DNA of 64,000 nt from an uncultured Nitrososphaeraceae archaeon (GTDB lineage Archaea; Thermoproteota; Nitrososphaeria; Nitrososphaerales; Nitrososphaeraceae). Position 1 is the first letter of the stretch; the number at the start of each line of letters is the position of its first letter. The notes below the pieces were generated by a model, which had not been told where the DNA came from, did no database searches, and saw only the letters and a program-made list of their open reading frames with translations. Both the position numbers and the translations under genes were made by a program. The stretch is from NCBI GenBank assembly GCA_963779615.1, contig CAVZZA010000005.1:192001-256000 (forward strand). Reading direction: 5' to 3'. Positions 42,603-53,614 of the stretch are shown piece by piece.

Positions 42603-44453
42603 TCAGTCCGAAGCCATGCCCACGGTTTGGAAAGCCTCAATAGTCGCAGTTGGCACTACCACGCCGACATCCCTTGCGAACTTGTCGTAATCTGATATCA
42701 TCTTTTTGAGTGTGTCAGGATGCTGGCTGGCCAGATCATTGTTTTCCCCGATGTCGGCCGTAATGTTGAACAGGTGCCACTGACCATCACCCGCTGGTTG
42801 GAAGTTCCTCACTGCCTTCCAGTCCCCCATCCAGACAGCGGTGTTGTTGAACATTTCCTGGGCAACCGGTTCGTTGTCCGTATATGCCTTTTCAACCTTG
42901 CCTTCCAAAAGCGGCTTAAGGGATTTTCCCATTACCGCATGGACCGGATGGCCTTGGTATGCTGAACCTGGGGGCTGCACGCCTGCATAGTCAAGGAAAG
43001 TGGGTGTCATGTCGTTCACGTGCACAAATGCGTTTACTATGCCTGGCTGCGTTTGGCTGGCACTACTGCCGGGCAATTTCATCACAACCGGGGGCCTAAC
43101 TCCGCCTTCACCCTGCGTTGTCTTGAAGTACGAGAATGGTGAGACAGCAGCCCCTGTGCCCCATGAGCCATAGTTGACCAGCGAGTTGGCGTTTCCCACG
43201 TTCGCGGGGGTATTGTTAAACGAGCTGAAGAATTTGTTTGCCTCTCCAACCCCCACAGTAGCCAAATTTTTCATTTCAATCGGTTCACTGCTTCCGTTGT
43301 CGGATGTGAACACGATCAGTGTATTGTCGTACTGGCCGGTGTCCTTTAGGTGTTGCATAACCCTGCCTATGTTATGGTCCATGTCCTCTATCATTCCCGC
43401 ATGGGCCTCAAGCACACTGGCTCTGTAGGCTTTGTCGTCTGCACTCAGGCTATCCCATGCCGGTATTTGCGGAAGCCTTTGTGGAATACCCATGTCTTGC
43501 GGCCATATTCCAAGCTGTTTTTGCTTCTCAAACCTCTGTTCCCTTATCTTGTCATATCCCACATCGTAGACCCCTTCATATTTTTTGGTGAACTCTGCAG
43601 GTGCCTGGAACGGACTGTGTGCTGCCTGGAAAGAAAGGTACATGAAAAGCGGGTTGCCGTCGCCCTGATGCTCCCTTATCTTGTCAAGCATGATGTTTGT
43701 GTACATTTCATTTGAGTAGGTGCCGTTGTCAGGTCGCGGAACCTGTGTATCGTTGGACAGAAACGTTGAGTGGCCACCGGCATAGTACGGGTCACCGTTA
43801 AAATGCATGGCCCCGGACTCCAGCAGCACAAAAGCATCCTCAAAGCCCCTGTCATGAGGGGTTGTGCCCTTCTGCCATCCGGGCCCAGACAGGTGCCACT
43901 TGCCTGACATCAGGGTGTCGTACCCCGCATCCCTTAACGATTCTGCAACGGTAACGACCCTGTCGTTTATGTATGTCTCATAGCCTGGCTTCCCCACCTG
44001 GTTGGGGGCGATGTTTTCATACATGGTTCCTATGCCACCCACATGGTTGTCAACGCCGGTGAGAAAGGATACCCTGGCTGGAGAGCAAACAGGGCTAGTG
44101 TGGTAGTTGGTCAGGATCTTGCCCTCTGCCGATAGCTTATCCAGGTTGGGGGTTGAGATCTCGCTTCCAAAGGATCCAATGTCAGAAAACCCAAGGTCAT
44201 CCCCCATTATCACCAGTATGTTTGGCTTTGCGTTTGTGCTAGAAGGAGGAGCAGCAGCGGTATTGTTGCCAATTGCGGCCTGGGCAAACGCTGGTTGAGT
44301 AGTTAAACTTGCTGATGATGATGATGAAGAGGAGGAGGAGGATGGCGACAATGATATTAACGGTACTGTTATGAGACTGAGTGTGAGGCAAACAAGAATA
44401 AGTAAGGTGGAATAATACGATATATTGCTTATAAATTTATCCAACAATTCCAA
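42603..44453 (-). CDS. Secreted formylglycine-dependent arylsulfatase (type I)
   Basis: KPNILVIMGDDLGFSD, CSPAR.SFLTG, GKWHL, FTSDNG and EGGVR motifs; signal/TM N-terminus. Confidence 0.95.
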   Translation of the reverse strand: MELLDKFISNISYYSTLLILVCLTLSLITVPLISLSPSSSSSSSSSSASLTTQPAFAQAAIGNNTAAAPPSSTNAKPNILVIMGDDLGFSDIGSFGSEISTPNLDKLSAEGKILTNYHTSPVCSPARVSFLTGVDNHVGGIGTMYENIAPNQVGKPGYETYINDRVVTVAESLRDAGYDTLMSGKWHLSGPGWQKGTTPHDRGFEDAFVLLESGAMHFNGDPYYAGGHSTFLSNDTQVPRPDNGTYSNEMYTNIMLDKIREHQGDGNPLFMYLSFQAAHSPFQAPAEFTKKYEGVYDVGYDKIREQRFEKQKQLGIWPQDMGIPQRLPQIPAWDSLSADDKAYRASVLEAHAGMIEDMDHNIGRVMQHLKDTGQYDNTLIVFTSDNGSSEPIEMKNLATVGVGEANKFFSSFNNTPANVGNANSLVNYGSWGTGAAVSPFSYFKTTQGEGGVRPPVVMKLPGSSASQTQPGIVNAFVHVNDMTPTFLDYAGVQPPGSAYQGHPVHAVMGKSLKPLLEGKVEKAYTDNEPVAQEMFNNTAVWMGDWKAVRNFQPAGDGQWHLFNITADIGENNDLASQHPDTLKKMISDYDKFARDVGVVVPTATIEAFQTVGMASD

Positions 44454-44808
44454 AGGTTATTGCTAGATGTTATATAACGGTTTACAAAATTCTTAATCTT
44501 AAGAACCTTAACCTATACATTTTTGAATTGTCAGTTTTTGTTGCGTAAAATATTCAAAAATAAAGAAGAAATTTTTCTATAACCTTGGCGTTGGTTATTG
44601 TCAACATAACGCAAATCCATATTAAAATTCCCGTATTTTTAAAACCACACATGTGTTATGTCCAAAGACTTTCGACTTTCCTATACCATTTCCGGAAAAA
44701 GATGAAATTGTAAAACTAGACGTCATTTCAAGTTATTCTGAAACTTATCCATTATGCGAACTCAATACGAAAATGAAGGAAATCAATACCACTTGGGGTA
44801 TTGGTGTT

Positions 44809-45804
44809 TTAGACGCTGCTTCGGGTGGTCCTGGTAATGCACCTAAACCCGATGTGGGTCATCCCTGTGTCGACCATCTGTGGTTGCCGGGCCGCGGGCC
44901 GGTATCGCAAGCAATAGTTTGGGGCGCAGATGTGCGAGCCCCCTTTCACCACTTTTCGCGGGATCTTGAACTGTGGCTGCCTCGGATCATAGCTGTACTC
45001 GGCCGACGTAACCCTTGGGTTGACAGAGGCAGTGCAGCATGTTTTCACCTTATTGGCAGATTCATCCAAATGCGGGACATACCAGTCGGCTGTCCATTCC
45101 CAGACATTGCCCGCCATATCAAACAAGCCATAGCCGTTGGGTTCAAATGAGCAAACAGGGGAGGTGCCTTCATGTTTGTCTGTCAAAAGGTTCTGGTGAG
45201 GGAATTCTCCCTGCCAGGTGTTGGCCATGGGTTTTGTAAGCTGCGTGTCTTCATTTCCCCAGGTGAAATCCATTCCATCCAAACCGCCCCTTGCTGCAAA
45301 CTCCCATTCTGCCTCTGAGGGCAACTCTTTTCCTGCCCATTTCGCATAGGCTTCTGCGTCCTCATAGGCGATGTGGACTACAGGGTGATCATCAAGTCCA
45401 ATAATGGTGCTGCCAGGCCCATGTGGGTGCTTCCAGTTTGCGCCCTTTACCCATTGCCACCAGTTGGCATAGTTTTTCAAATCAACAGCTTCATTCCTTT
45501 TTTGAAAAACCATGGAACCCGGAGCAAGATTCTCCTCCGGGACGCCTGGAAAGTCAGACGGATTCAATGGTCTTTCTGCAACCGTCAAATAATTGGTCGC
45601 CGACACAAAACCACTAAACATCCTGTTGGTCACAGGGGATTTATCCATCCAGAAGCCGTCCACTGTAACCTTATGCACCGGTTTTTCCTCCGGGTAGAAT
45701 TTATCCGAACCCATCATAAAACTCCCGCCATCTATGAAAACCATTTTTTCATGGTCAGGCGCTTTTTGCCCTTTGCCGATTTCCGTTGTGCCTAACATGT
45801 TCAA
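44809..45804 (-). CDS. Formylglycine-generating enzyme (FGE/SUMF1)
   Basis: FMMGS, LPSEAEWEFAARGG, GLFDMAGNVWEW and KGGSHICAPNYCLRYRPAAR (both catalytic Cys present). Confidence 0.95.
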   Translation of the reverse strand: MNMLGTTEIGKGQKAPDHEKMVFIDGGSFMMGSDKFYPEEKPVHKVTVDGFWMDKSPVTNRMFSGFVSATNYLTVAERPLNPSDFPGVPEENLAPGSMVFQKRNEAVDLKNYANWWQWVKGANWKHPHGPGSTIIGLDDHPVVHIAYEDAEAYAKWAGKELPSEAEWEFAARGGLDGMDFTWGNEDTQLTKPMANTWQGEFPHQNLLTDKHEGTSPVCSFEPNGYGLFDMAGNVWEWTADWYVPHLDESANKVKTCCTASVNPRVTSAEYSYDPRQPQFKIPRKVVKGGSHICAPNYCLRYRPAARQPQMVDTGMTHIGFRCITRTTRSSV

Positions 45805-45823
45805 TTGGTTTTGTTGTTGTTAG

Positions 45824-47365
45824 TCACCTGGCAGCTTCCGACATTTTCGCCATCGCGTCATCTATCGTGAACGAGTTTGGCTTTTGGATGGCCGGGAACT
45901 CCTTGAAGGTTTCGGCAAACTTCGCGACAGCAGCCTGTGCTAGGTATATGCCATATGCGTGGTGTATCATCCAGTCCCAATACGTGTTCGAAGTTATATC
46001 CGCAGAATTCGTATGGGTCGGTGCGAAGGTTGAAAATCTTTGGGAGACGAAGTCGGGTGAAGGGCTCAGCCCAAACCCCCAAGGTTCCCTTCAAACGCTG
46101 CTCCATGAATACGAACTTCCAGTTGTCAAAGCGTATGCCCATCACATCACCATCGTCACTGAAGTAGAAGTAAAAGTTGCGGGGGCTTTCTTTTGCCTCA
46201 CCGGTCAGGTATGGCAGCAGGTTATATCCGTCGATATGGTTCTTGTAGGTGCGCCCGATGGCTGTGTATCCATTCTTCAGTTTCTCCACCACTTCTGAAT
46301 CGCCCGCCATGGCAAGGAAAGTTGGCAGCCAGTCATGGTGCTGAACGATCCCGTTGGAAATTGAGCCGGCCTTGATTTTGCCTGGCCAGCGCACAAGCAA
46401 CGGAACACGGAAAGCTCCTTCCCAGTTGGTGTTCTTTTCGCTGCGGAATGGGGTTGTGGCGCCATCGGGCCAGGAGTTGCTGTGCGGCCCGTTATCGGTG
46501 GAATACATGAGAAAGGTATCTTCGGCAATCCCAAGCTCGTCGAGCAGATCAAGCATTTCTCCAACGTTTTTGTCATGGTCGATCATTGTGTCGTGATAGG
46601 CAGATTGCCATCGGCCTGCCTGCCCCTTGCTTGAGGGTTTGGGATGTGTAATAAAGTGCATATGAGTAGTGTTGAGCCACACAAAAAACGGTTTCCCAGC
46701 GTCATGTTGCCTCTTGATAAAATCCTTGGCTGCTGAAACAAATTCGTCATCGCAGGTTTCCATCCTTTTTTTTGTGAGGGGCCCAGTGTCCTCAATTTTT
46801 TGCCTGCCCACTTTTCCCCACCGCGGCATTTCTGTCGGGTCATCCTCGTCTGTGGCCCATGAGTGGAGCACACCGCGGGGACCGAATTTTTCAAAGAATT
46901 GCGGAAAATCTTTTTTTGAGGGATAGTCATCCATTTCAGGCTCCTCTTCCGCGTTGAGGTGATAAAGGTTGCCAAAGAACTCGTCGAATCCGTGATTTGT
47001 GGGCAGCATGTGGTTAAGGTCGCCCAAATGGTTTTTACCGAATTGCCCAGTTGCATAACCCTGTTCCTTCAGCAACGCGGGATCGTCACGATCTTTTCAT
47101 TCATACCCACCGGTGCGCCGGGCATTCCTACTTTGGACAAGCCGGTGCGGTAAACGCTTTGACCGGTAATGAAAGACGAGCGACCGGCGGTGCAGGACTG
47201 TTCGCCATAGGCGTCTGTGAACATCATGCCCTCTTTTGCAATACGGTCAATGTTGGGTGTTTGGTAACCCATCAATCCATGTGAATAGCAACTGAGATTG
47301 GTTATTCCAATATCATCGCCCCAGATGACAAGAATGTTGGGCTTATTTTGCTTTGAATTTGACAT
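45824..47365 (-). pseudogene. Cytoplasmic arylsulfatase with two single-base frameshifts (~47078, ~46003)
   Basis: [32 protein letters not shown] and STDNG; reframed C-terminus PYEF/ADITSNTYWDW...EAAR ends at TGA 45824. Confidence 0.88.
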
Positions 47366-47827
47366 GGTTTTTTGAGCAATTGATTTAACTTAAGTGTTAT
47401 GGATGAAGTAATTGCCAACAATCACGAGCAATCCTGTGTCGATGTGCGCTACATTCTGGAATTCTTACTGTGCAGGATAACGCGTGTAAATCAGTCTCTC
47501 ATTGAGTAATAACATGTTTCCACCTCTTGTCACGAATCGATATTAATGGCAATGCATGGTATATGTACTTGCCTGCTTTGACATATAACAGTTCCACTAA
47601 TTGTCTTGGATATCAGCGTATTCCCCAGCCAATCCGTGGCACAAAAATCTGACGAATTCATGGTTGTTGATTGGGCCCATTATTTGCATGTTATTGTCCT
47701 GTTTATGGTATAACATCTATTCAACATCTGAAAGTTTTTTACGGGTGTTATCCTTGAATTGTACAGCCTTATGCGGGTTGATTCCTCGCATATATGTTTA
47801 TAATTGGCTCAGCGGATGTAACAACAA

Positions 47828-48298
47828 ATGCCCAATCAGACCGGAGAGGGAGATGACAAGGATAAGCCCACAAAAACCACCTCAACCGACCATTACGATA
47901 GGGTTAGCGCGGCCTTACGTGAATCCTCCATATTGATGTCAGGATCCAGCATCCTTTTTGGATTCTTGCTTAACATCAATTTGGATTCCCTTAAAACCCC
48001 GTCTTTTGTGGACGGCCTGATTATGTTGGCATCAATTTATTCTGTGACTATAGCAACCGTGCTCTTTATCATGCCGGTCATTTTCCACCAGAGGCATTCC
48101 CAAACGTTTGATGTGGAAAAGTTCCTCTCCATGTCAAAAAAGTTCCTTCTCGGTGGCGCATCGTTGTTGTTGCTCACAATGTACCTGACTTTGGGATTGG
48201 CGCTCCATAAAACAGTGCCTGACTATGTTGCGTTTACTTTGGCGGCGTTTCCGTTTGTCGTCATGGCTGTTGTGTGGCAATTCAAACTCAAGTCATAG
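47828..48298 (+). CDS. Four-TM membrane protein (DUF6328-like)
   Basis: LRE...GSSILFGFLL and LFIMPVIFH pattern. Confidence 0.65.
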   Translation: MPNQTGEGDDKDKPTKTTSTDHYDRVSAALRESSILMSGSSILFGFLLNINLDSLKTPSFVDGLIMLASIYSVTIATVLFIMPVIFHQRHSQTFDVEKFLSMSKKFLLGGASLLLLTMYLTLGLALHKTVPDYVAFTLAAFPFVVMAVVWQFKLKS

Positions 48299-49132
48299 GC
48301 AACCAGACCGGAATTAAATGGCGAGTGTGACGTCATCGAGCTCCATGCAGGCATCATGGAATACGCCATTAAAGTTTCGGGTTTGGCCTCTATTTCCTGC
48401 TCTTCAAAGTTTATGTAATCCGTTGTGGATTCACATCGGCATCCTTGATTTCCACAATAACGTAATTTCATTGGCATCAGATAATTAGGATTATGGATAG
48501 GGGCAACAATATAATTTACCTCTTGTATAATTAGCACCTGTTAGAAAATTTCTAAAAATCTCTTGTTCTCATTCATTTTTGCTAGAACCGTATCCCGTTA
48601 ATGAGAAAATCATAGGAGAAAAGGAATTCACCATGCCTTATCAGCGACCTGTTGCATGAAGGCTAACCAGTCACAAATAATGGATCATTGCATTCGCAGC
48701 TAAATAGATTGGATTATGCAACAAAGCATTAAGGTCAACCATCTATTTTACTTGTTTGGAGTTCAATGCTATCGTCTTCACTTGGAGATTTATGATGGAG
48801 TATGCACATGAAAGCCATTTAACTGCTGGAATCCAGCATTCCACATATTACCCCAGCATAAACTGACAAAAGCAACCTTTAATTTCAATTTTGGTTTTAA
48901 CTTTACAATAATAACATCATTTCCGGAATGGGAAAAACTATCATCAACAATCATCGATGCAATTCCATCTTTAAGGGGCAGAATATCTTCCCACGCTAAG
49001 ATGCGAAATAGCCGGCATGAAACCAATAAAAATAGAAACTGTTACCACTATAACATCCATTAGCTATACCTATCACCGGCCGACAGAAAACGGCATATTA
49101 GTGGATCATCCAAAAGATGATATTTACCGTCC

Positions 49133-49774
49133 ATGAACAATAAACAGATGGATACCAAAACGCCTCCTCTCTATTTTCGCCTATTGCAATTTGGGATTGG
49201 AATAGCGTCCATCACATTATCACTTATAGTTATAATGGTGGGATACCCTGTTCTCGACCTATCTACAATTATAATACTGCTTTTAATCTCACTACTTGTT
49301 ATTGGTATTGGAAGAATTGTTAGAGGCCTATTAATCCCATCTATTTCCACTGTCACAACAGAAAGGGATGCAAAAAAAGTAAGAAAAGCAGGCCTAACTG
49401 ATCTTGTTCTAGGAACAATATCAATCCTATTTGCCACAATATGTTTGATTTTTCCACAGACTGCATCTGAACGGTTATTTGTTTTACTTTCTCTCACAAT
49501 TATTGTAATGTTCAACGGTTTTGGTAAGGTTATTCAAGGCGTATTTAACAAGCAGGAATCAAAATCATTAAGAGTAATGAGCACAAGTTTTGGTCTTGTC
49601 GCCATGGGTTTAAGCATTTTTGCATCAAACGCTTATAGATTTGATATAGTTTTTCCCACCAAGGTTCTTTCAGTCATTCTTGTCATTTATGGAATAGAGA
49701 ATATTATTTTATCATATACAGGCGAATTATCTGTAAATGATATCTTTAAAAAGAGAAAGAACAGACACCGTTAA
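49133..49774 (+). CDS. HdeD/DUF308-like membrane protein
   Basis: Six TM helices with repeated G-x-x-x-I-x-x-G units. Confidence 0.7.
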   Translation: MNNKQMDTKTPPLYFRLLQFGIGIASITLSLIVIMVGYPVLDLSTIIILLLISLLVIGIGRIVRGLLIPSISTVTTERDAKKVRKAGLTDLVLGTISILFATICLIFPQTASERLFVLLSLTIIVMFNGFGKVIQGVFNKQESKSLRVMSTSFGLVAMGLSIFASNAYRFDIVFPTKVLSVILVIYGIENIILSYTGELSVNDIFKKRKNRHR

Positions 49775-50280
49775 TCCTGCGGTTTTTTGCAGGCAGTGCG
49801 ACTTGTACTGTTTGTTGGGGTTTTTTGGTTGAAATCAACTGCAGTAACAGTTCATCCCCTCCCAAGTCACAAAACCTTCATCGTTGCCGTTTACATTATT
49901 TTCAGATTATGGATATTTCTACATTTGATTAAATGTCACAGTAACGAAGCCTTAAAGTGGAAATTTAATGGTGACATGGAGTTTATTGTTACTATACAAA
50001 AGAGCAATACTTATGCAGTGAAACTCCAAAAATCATCTGATTATTCAAACCTGAAAAACAAATTCAAGCTGCGACCAACGCATTGGGATGGTGTCCTGAC
50101 TCAAACCACAAGTGGACAGGGCTCTCAAGCCATAGGCTTATCGTTAAGTGTCCAGGCCACGAGTTAAAATGGCATTTTTATACATGTTACTCGACGTGTG
50201 CCACCACACAAAGATAGGCCACATAAAAGAAAAAATATTGATGGGAGGATGCATATAGTTGTTGACTGGGGTAGCCTCAG

Positions 50281-51402
50281 TTATCTATTTGTCCCGGTTT
50301 CATTTTGGGGAGGATATATAACCGCAAAGTCATTCTTCATGCTTACCAAATCCCAGTTTCTGTCCTTGGCTGCCTGCAGCACATTTTCAGCACCCTTGTC
50401 ATAGGAGTATTCCCTTACGCCGTCATCATGATGGACAAGAATCTCAAGGGATTTGCCAACTTTGTTGTTGTCATCTGTGTACGTTAGCATTTGAAGGTCA
50501 CCATCCGAGTTTCCTGCGGCAAGTATGGGCACCTGCCCTATATGAAGTTGAATGTTCTCGGGCTTTACCTCATTGTTGTCGAATGAATCAAGTTCCGGCT
50601 CCCTAAATATGGCAGAGTTCCCCCCGTCAGTTCCGTTAACATACTTGTATTTTATGCTGCTTCCTATTATCTGGTCTGGCGGTATCCCATATACATTGGA
50701 GAGGGAGTCCCTCATAAAGTCAACCCCACCCCCTGAGACTATGAAAACCTTGAATTGGTTGTCCTTAAGATAATCAATGAGTTCAATCATCGGCTGGTAC
50801 ACCATTGCTACAAATCTTAGGTGGGTTTGTGGATGCTGTGCTGTCTTTGCCCATTCCATAACCATTCTGTCAAATGTGGGCTGGCTAATGTTTGAGAGGG
50901 TCAACAGCGCCAGGGACATGACATCCTTTTCGCTTAACTGCAAATCTGTAAAGTTATTCGCCATCAGCTGTTGGAGCTGCGGGTTTTGGGTAATCCGAGG
51001 GTTTGACACAGACAGCTCGTCAAGCCTATCTGTTATAAAAAAACCCTGAAAGGGAATGGGTTTTTCGGCCCAGAGTGTTCCGTCGTTGTCAAAGACCGCT
51101 ATCCTCTCCCCAGGTGGAACATAGTTTGGGCTTTCAGGGTTGGTTACATTATTTACAAAGTTAACGATCCTCTCTTTCACCGTGCCCTGGTTCCAGGAAG
51201 GAAGTGCTTGGGTGGAGCTGGGGGATAAATCCGGTTTGCCGGTGAGGTTTTGATCACCAAGCAAAGAACTGTTGGGTAAGGTGGAATTGTCAACCTGTGC
51301 AAAGGCGTGTGATACTGCGTTAAATGAAAAAGGCACACTTGACCCAACAACAAAAGTCAGGCTGGCCAAAAAAAAGAGGAGTAACACCGTTTTATAAGTC
51401 AT
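50281..51402 (-). CDS. Secreted HAD-family hydrolase (sulfatase-cluster type)
   Basis: LPSWN, AVFDNDGTLW, FIVSGGG, GNSDGDLQML and HHDD..REY motifs. Confidence 0.92.
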   Translation of the reverse strand: MTYKTVLLLFFLASLTFVVGSSVPFSFNAVSHAFAQVDNSTLPNSSLLGDQNLTGKPDLSPSSTQALPSWNQGTVKERIVNFVNNVTNPESPNYVPPGERIAVFDNDGTLWAEKPIPFQGFFITDRLDELSVSNPRITQNPQLQQLMANNFTDLQLSEKDVMSLALLTLSNISQPTFDRMVMEWAKTAQHPQTHLRFVAMVYQPMIELIDYLKDNQFKVFIVSGGGVDFMRDSLSNVYGIPPDQIIGSSIKYKYVNGTDGGNSAIFREPELDSFDNNEVKPENIQLHIGQVPILAAGNSDGDLQMLTYTDDNNKVGKSLEILVHHDDGVREYSYDKGAENVLQAAKDRNWDLVSMKNDFAVIYPPQNETGTNR

Positions 51403-51423
51403 GTGTCATCTTTTCCCATTAAA

Positions 51424-53319
51424 CTAGTTGATGATGGCTTTGGCACTTGTATCGTTCAGTGGGTAGCCTGGAGCGAACATGTTACCCAAAGTAATGGTTT
51501 GTGTGTCTTTTTGGGTTACAGGTGGAAAATTATTCTTGGCAGTTTGTTCAAATGTCTCGCCTCTCGGAATTACAACTCCCACAGCCTGAGCGTATTTGTC
51601 GTATTCTCCAATCAGAGTCTTCAAAATGTCTGGATGCTGGGCTGCCAGGTCGTTGTTCTCACCCAAGTCAGTTGCTAGGTTGAACAATTTCCACTGTGGT
51701 GGAAAACCATACGAGTTGGCCTTCCAGTCACCCATGCGTACGCTTGTGTTGTTGAACATTTCACCGGATATGGCTTCGTCTGCTGGATGGATTGTCTCCA
51801 CCGTTCCTTCAAGGAGCGGTTTAAGGGACTTGCCCATCAATGCGTGAACTTCGTGTCCCTGATATGCTGAAGGATGAGACACGTTTGCGTATTCAAGGAT
51901 TGTGGGGGTAACATCTGTAACATATGCAAAGCTCTTGACAAGGTTGGAGGCTGTGTTGTTGACTGATGGTGCGGATGTTTGCGGTTCCTTCATTACCATC
52001 GGGGGTCTTGTGCCACCTTCATACAGGCTTGTCTTGTAACCGGATAGTGGGGAAGTTGCCACATATGAGCCCCATGCGCCATAGTTAAAGTCTGACGTGT
52101 TGGTGCCAAGGTTTGGCAAACTGTTGTTGATTCCGGCCACAAACTGCTTGGCATACGACAGGTCTACACCGCTTGCGTACCTGAACAAGGCAATCTCAAA
52201 GGGCTCGCTGCTGCCATTGTCCGAGGTAAACATAATGAATGTATTGTCGTACTGTCCGGTGTCCTTGAGGTATTGTATAACCCTTCCAATGTTCGTGTCC
52301 ATGTCCTCTATACCGGCTGCATGTACTGCCAGTACCCTTGCTGCATAGGCCTTCTGGTCACCGCTAAGGCTGTCCCATACCTGGTTTGGAGGAAGTCTGC
52401 CCGGATCCGTCATGTTGGAGGGCCAGAACCCAAGCTCCTTCTGTTTCTCAAACCTCTGGTCTCTTACCTTGTCCCATCCTACACTGTAAATTTTGTCATA
52501 CTTGTCTATTACAGATTTGTCTGGAGCCATCATTGGGGAATGGGCTACCTGGTATGCAAGGTACGCAAAGAATGGTTTCTTTTCTGACTCGGTCTTCTTA
52601 AAGAAGTCCAGCATCTTGTCTGTGTAAAGTTCATTGGAAAACAATGTGCCGTTACCCGGTCTGTCAACCTTTGTTTTGTTTTCCATGAATGTTACTGACC
52701 ATCCGGGGACATACTCTGCGGAACTGTAGTGGTTAGCCCCGTCTTCCAGGAGAGTAAATGCATTGGAAAATCCCCTTTCATATGGCGATGTGCCGGGCTG
52801 GTATCCATGCCCAGAAAGATGCCACTTTCCGGACTGTATGGTGTTGTATCCCGCATCCCTCAACAGCTCTGCAACAGTCACAACCTTGTCGTTTATGTAG
52901 GTCTCATAGCCGGGCTTTCCCACCTGATTTTCGGCTATCAGCTCATACATCGTGCCAATTCCGCCAACATGCCAATCAACACCCGTTAACAAAGATACTC
53001 TAGCAGGTGAGCAGGTGGGCGCTGTGTGGTAATCGGTTAAAACCTTTCCGTCCTTGGCAATCATATCCAAATTCGGTGTTGAAATTTCGCTTCCAAAAGC
53101 ACCGATATCAGAATATCCAAAATCATCACCCACTATTACCAAAAAATTTGGTTTTTGATTTCCAGTTCCGGCTGCAGGTTGCGCGGAAACAGGCTGACTA
53201 TATAAGTTGGAAAGTGAAGAATTTAGTGCTGGCATTGCAATAAGTCCAAAACTCATAAAAAAAATCAAAATAATTGGCAAAATTTTCCTATTTTTCAATA
53301 TTTTTGTTGTATAACACAT
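51424..53319 (-). CDS. Secreted formylglycine-dependent arylsulfatase (type I), paralogue
   Basis: KPNFLVIVGDDFGYSD, CSPAR.SLLTG, GKWHL and FTSDNG motifs; signal peptide. Confidence 0.95.
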   Translation of the reverse strand: MCYTTKILKNRKILPIILIFFMSFGLIAMPALNSSLSNLYSQPVSAQPAAGTGNQKPNFLVIVGDDFGYSDIGAFGSEISTPNLDMIAKDGKVLTDYHTAPTCSPARVSLLTGVDWHVGGIGTMYELIAENQVGKPGYETYINDKVVTVAELLRDAGYNTIQSGKWHLSGHGYQPGTSPYERGFSNAFTLLEDGANHYSSAEYVPGWSVTFMENKTKVDRPGNGTLFSNELYTDKMLDFFKKTESEKKPFFAYLAYQVAHSPMMAPDKSVIDKYDKIYSVGWDKVRDQRFEKQKELGFWPSNMTDPGRLPPNQVWDSLSGDQKAYAARVLAVHAAGIEDMDTNIGRVIQYLKDTGQYDNTFIMFTSDNGSSEPFEIALFRYASGVDLSYAKQFVAGINNSLPNLGTNTSDFNYGAWGSYVATSPLSGYKTSLYEGGTRPPMVMKEPQTSAPSVNNTASNLVKSFAYVTDVTPTILEYANVSHPSAYQGHEVHALMGKSLKPLLEGTVETIHPADEAISGEMFNNTSVRMGDWKANSYGFPPQWKLFNLATDLGENNDLAAQHPDILKTLIGEYDKYAQAVGVVIPRGETFEQTAKNNFPPVTQKDTQTITLGNMFAPGYPLNDTSAKAIIN

Positions 53320-53614
53320 TCATATAAATATATGCCATAATGTTCCTATATAGGATAATCAATGCATATTCAGGCCACATGTCAAAACATCAAAGATTAG
53401 CACCGACTTGAAGGGTTCCCCCCCTTCTATTCATATTTGTCTTTTAGACGGTTTTTTCAGTGAAATAGGTTAATGGTCTAGGGTTTGGATTTGGATTCGA
53501 TGCAGCGAGAAGGTGACGGTAATTCTCTAACCAGTAAAGTTTCCGGATATTGCCTGCAATACCAACGCAAGCACGTTAATGCTACCTTCTTCTGTACTCT
53601 GTTAACCCATCAGC

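Noticed and set aside
44809-45804. FGE-fold protein as a diversity-generating retroelement target
   Set aside because: It retains the catalytic Cys pair, sits among sulfatases, and no RT or template repeat is seen
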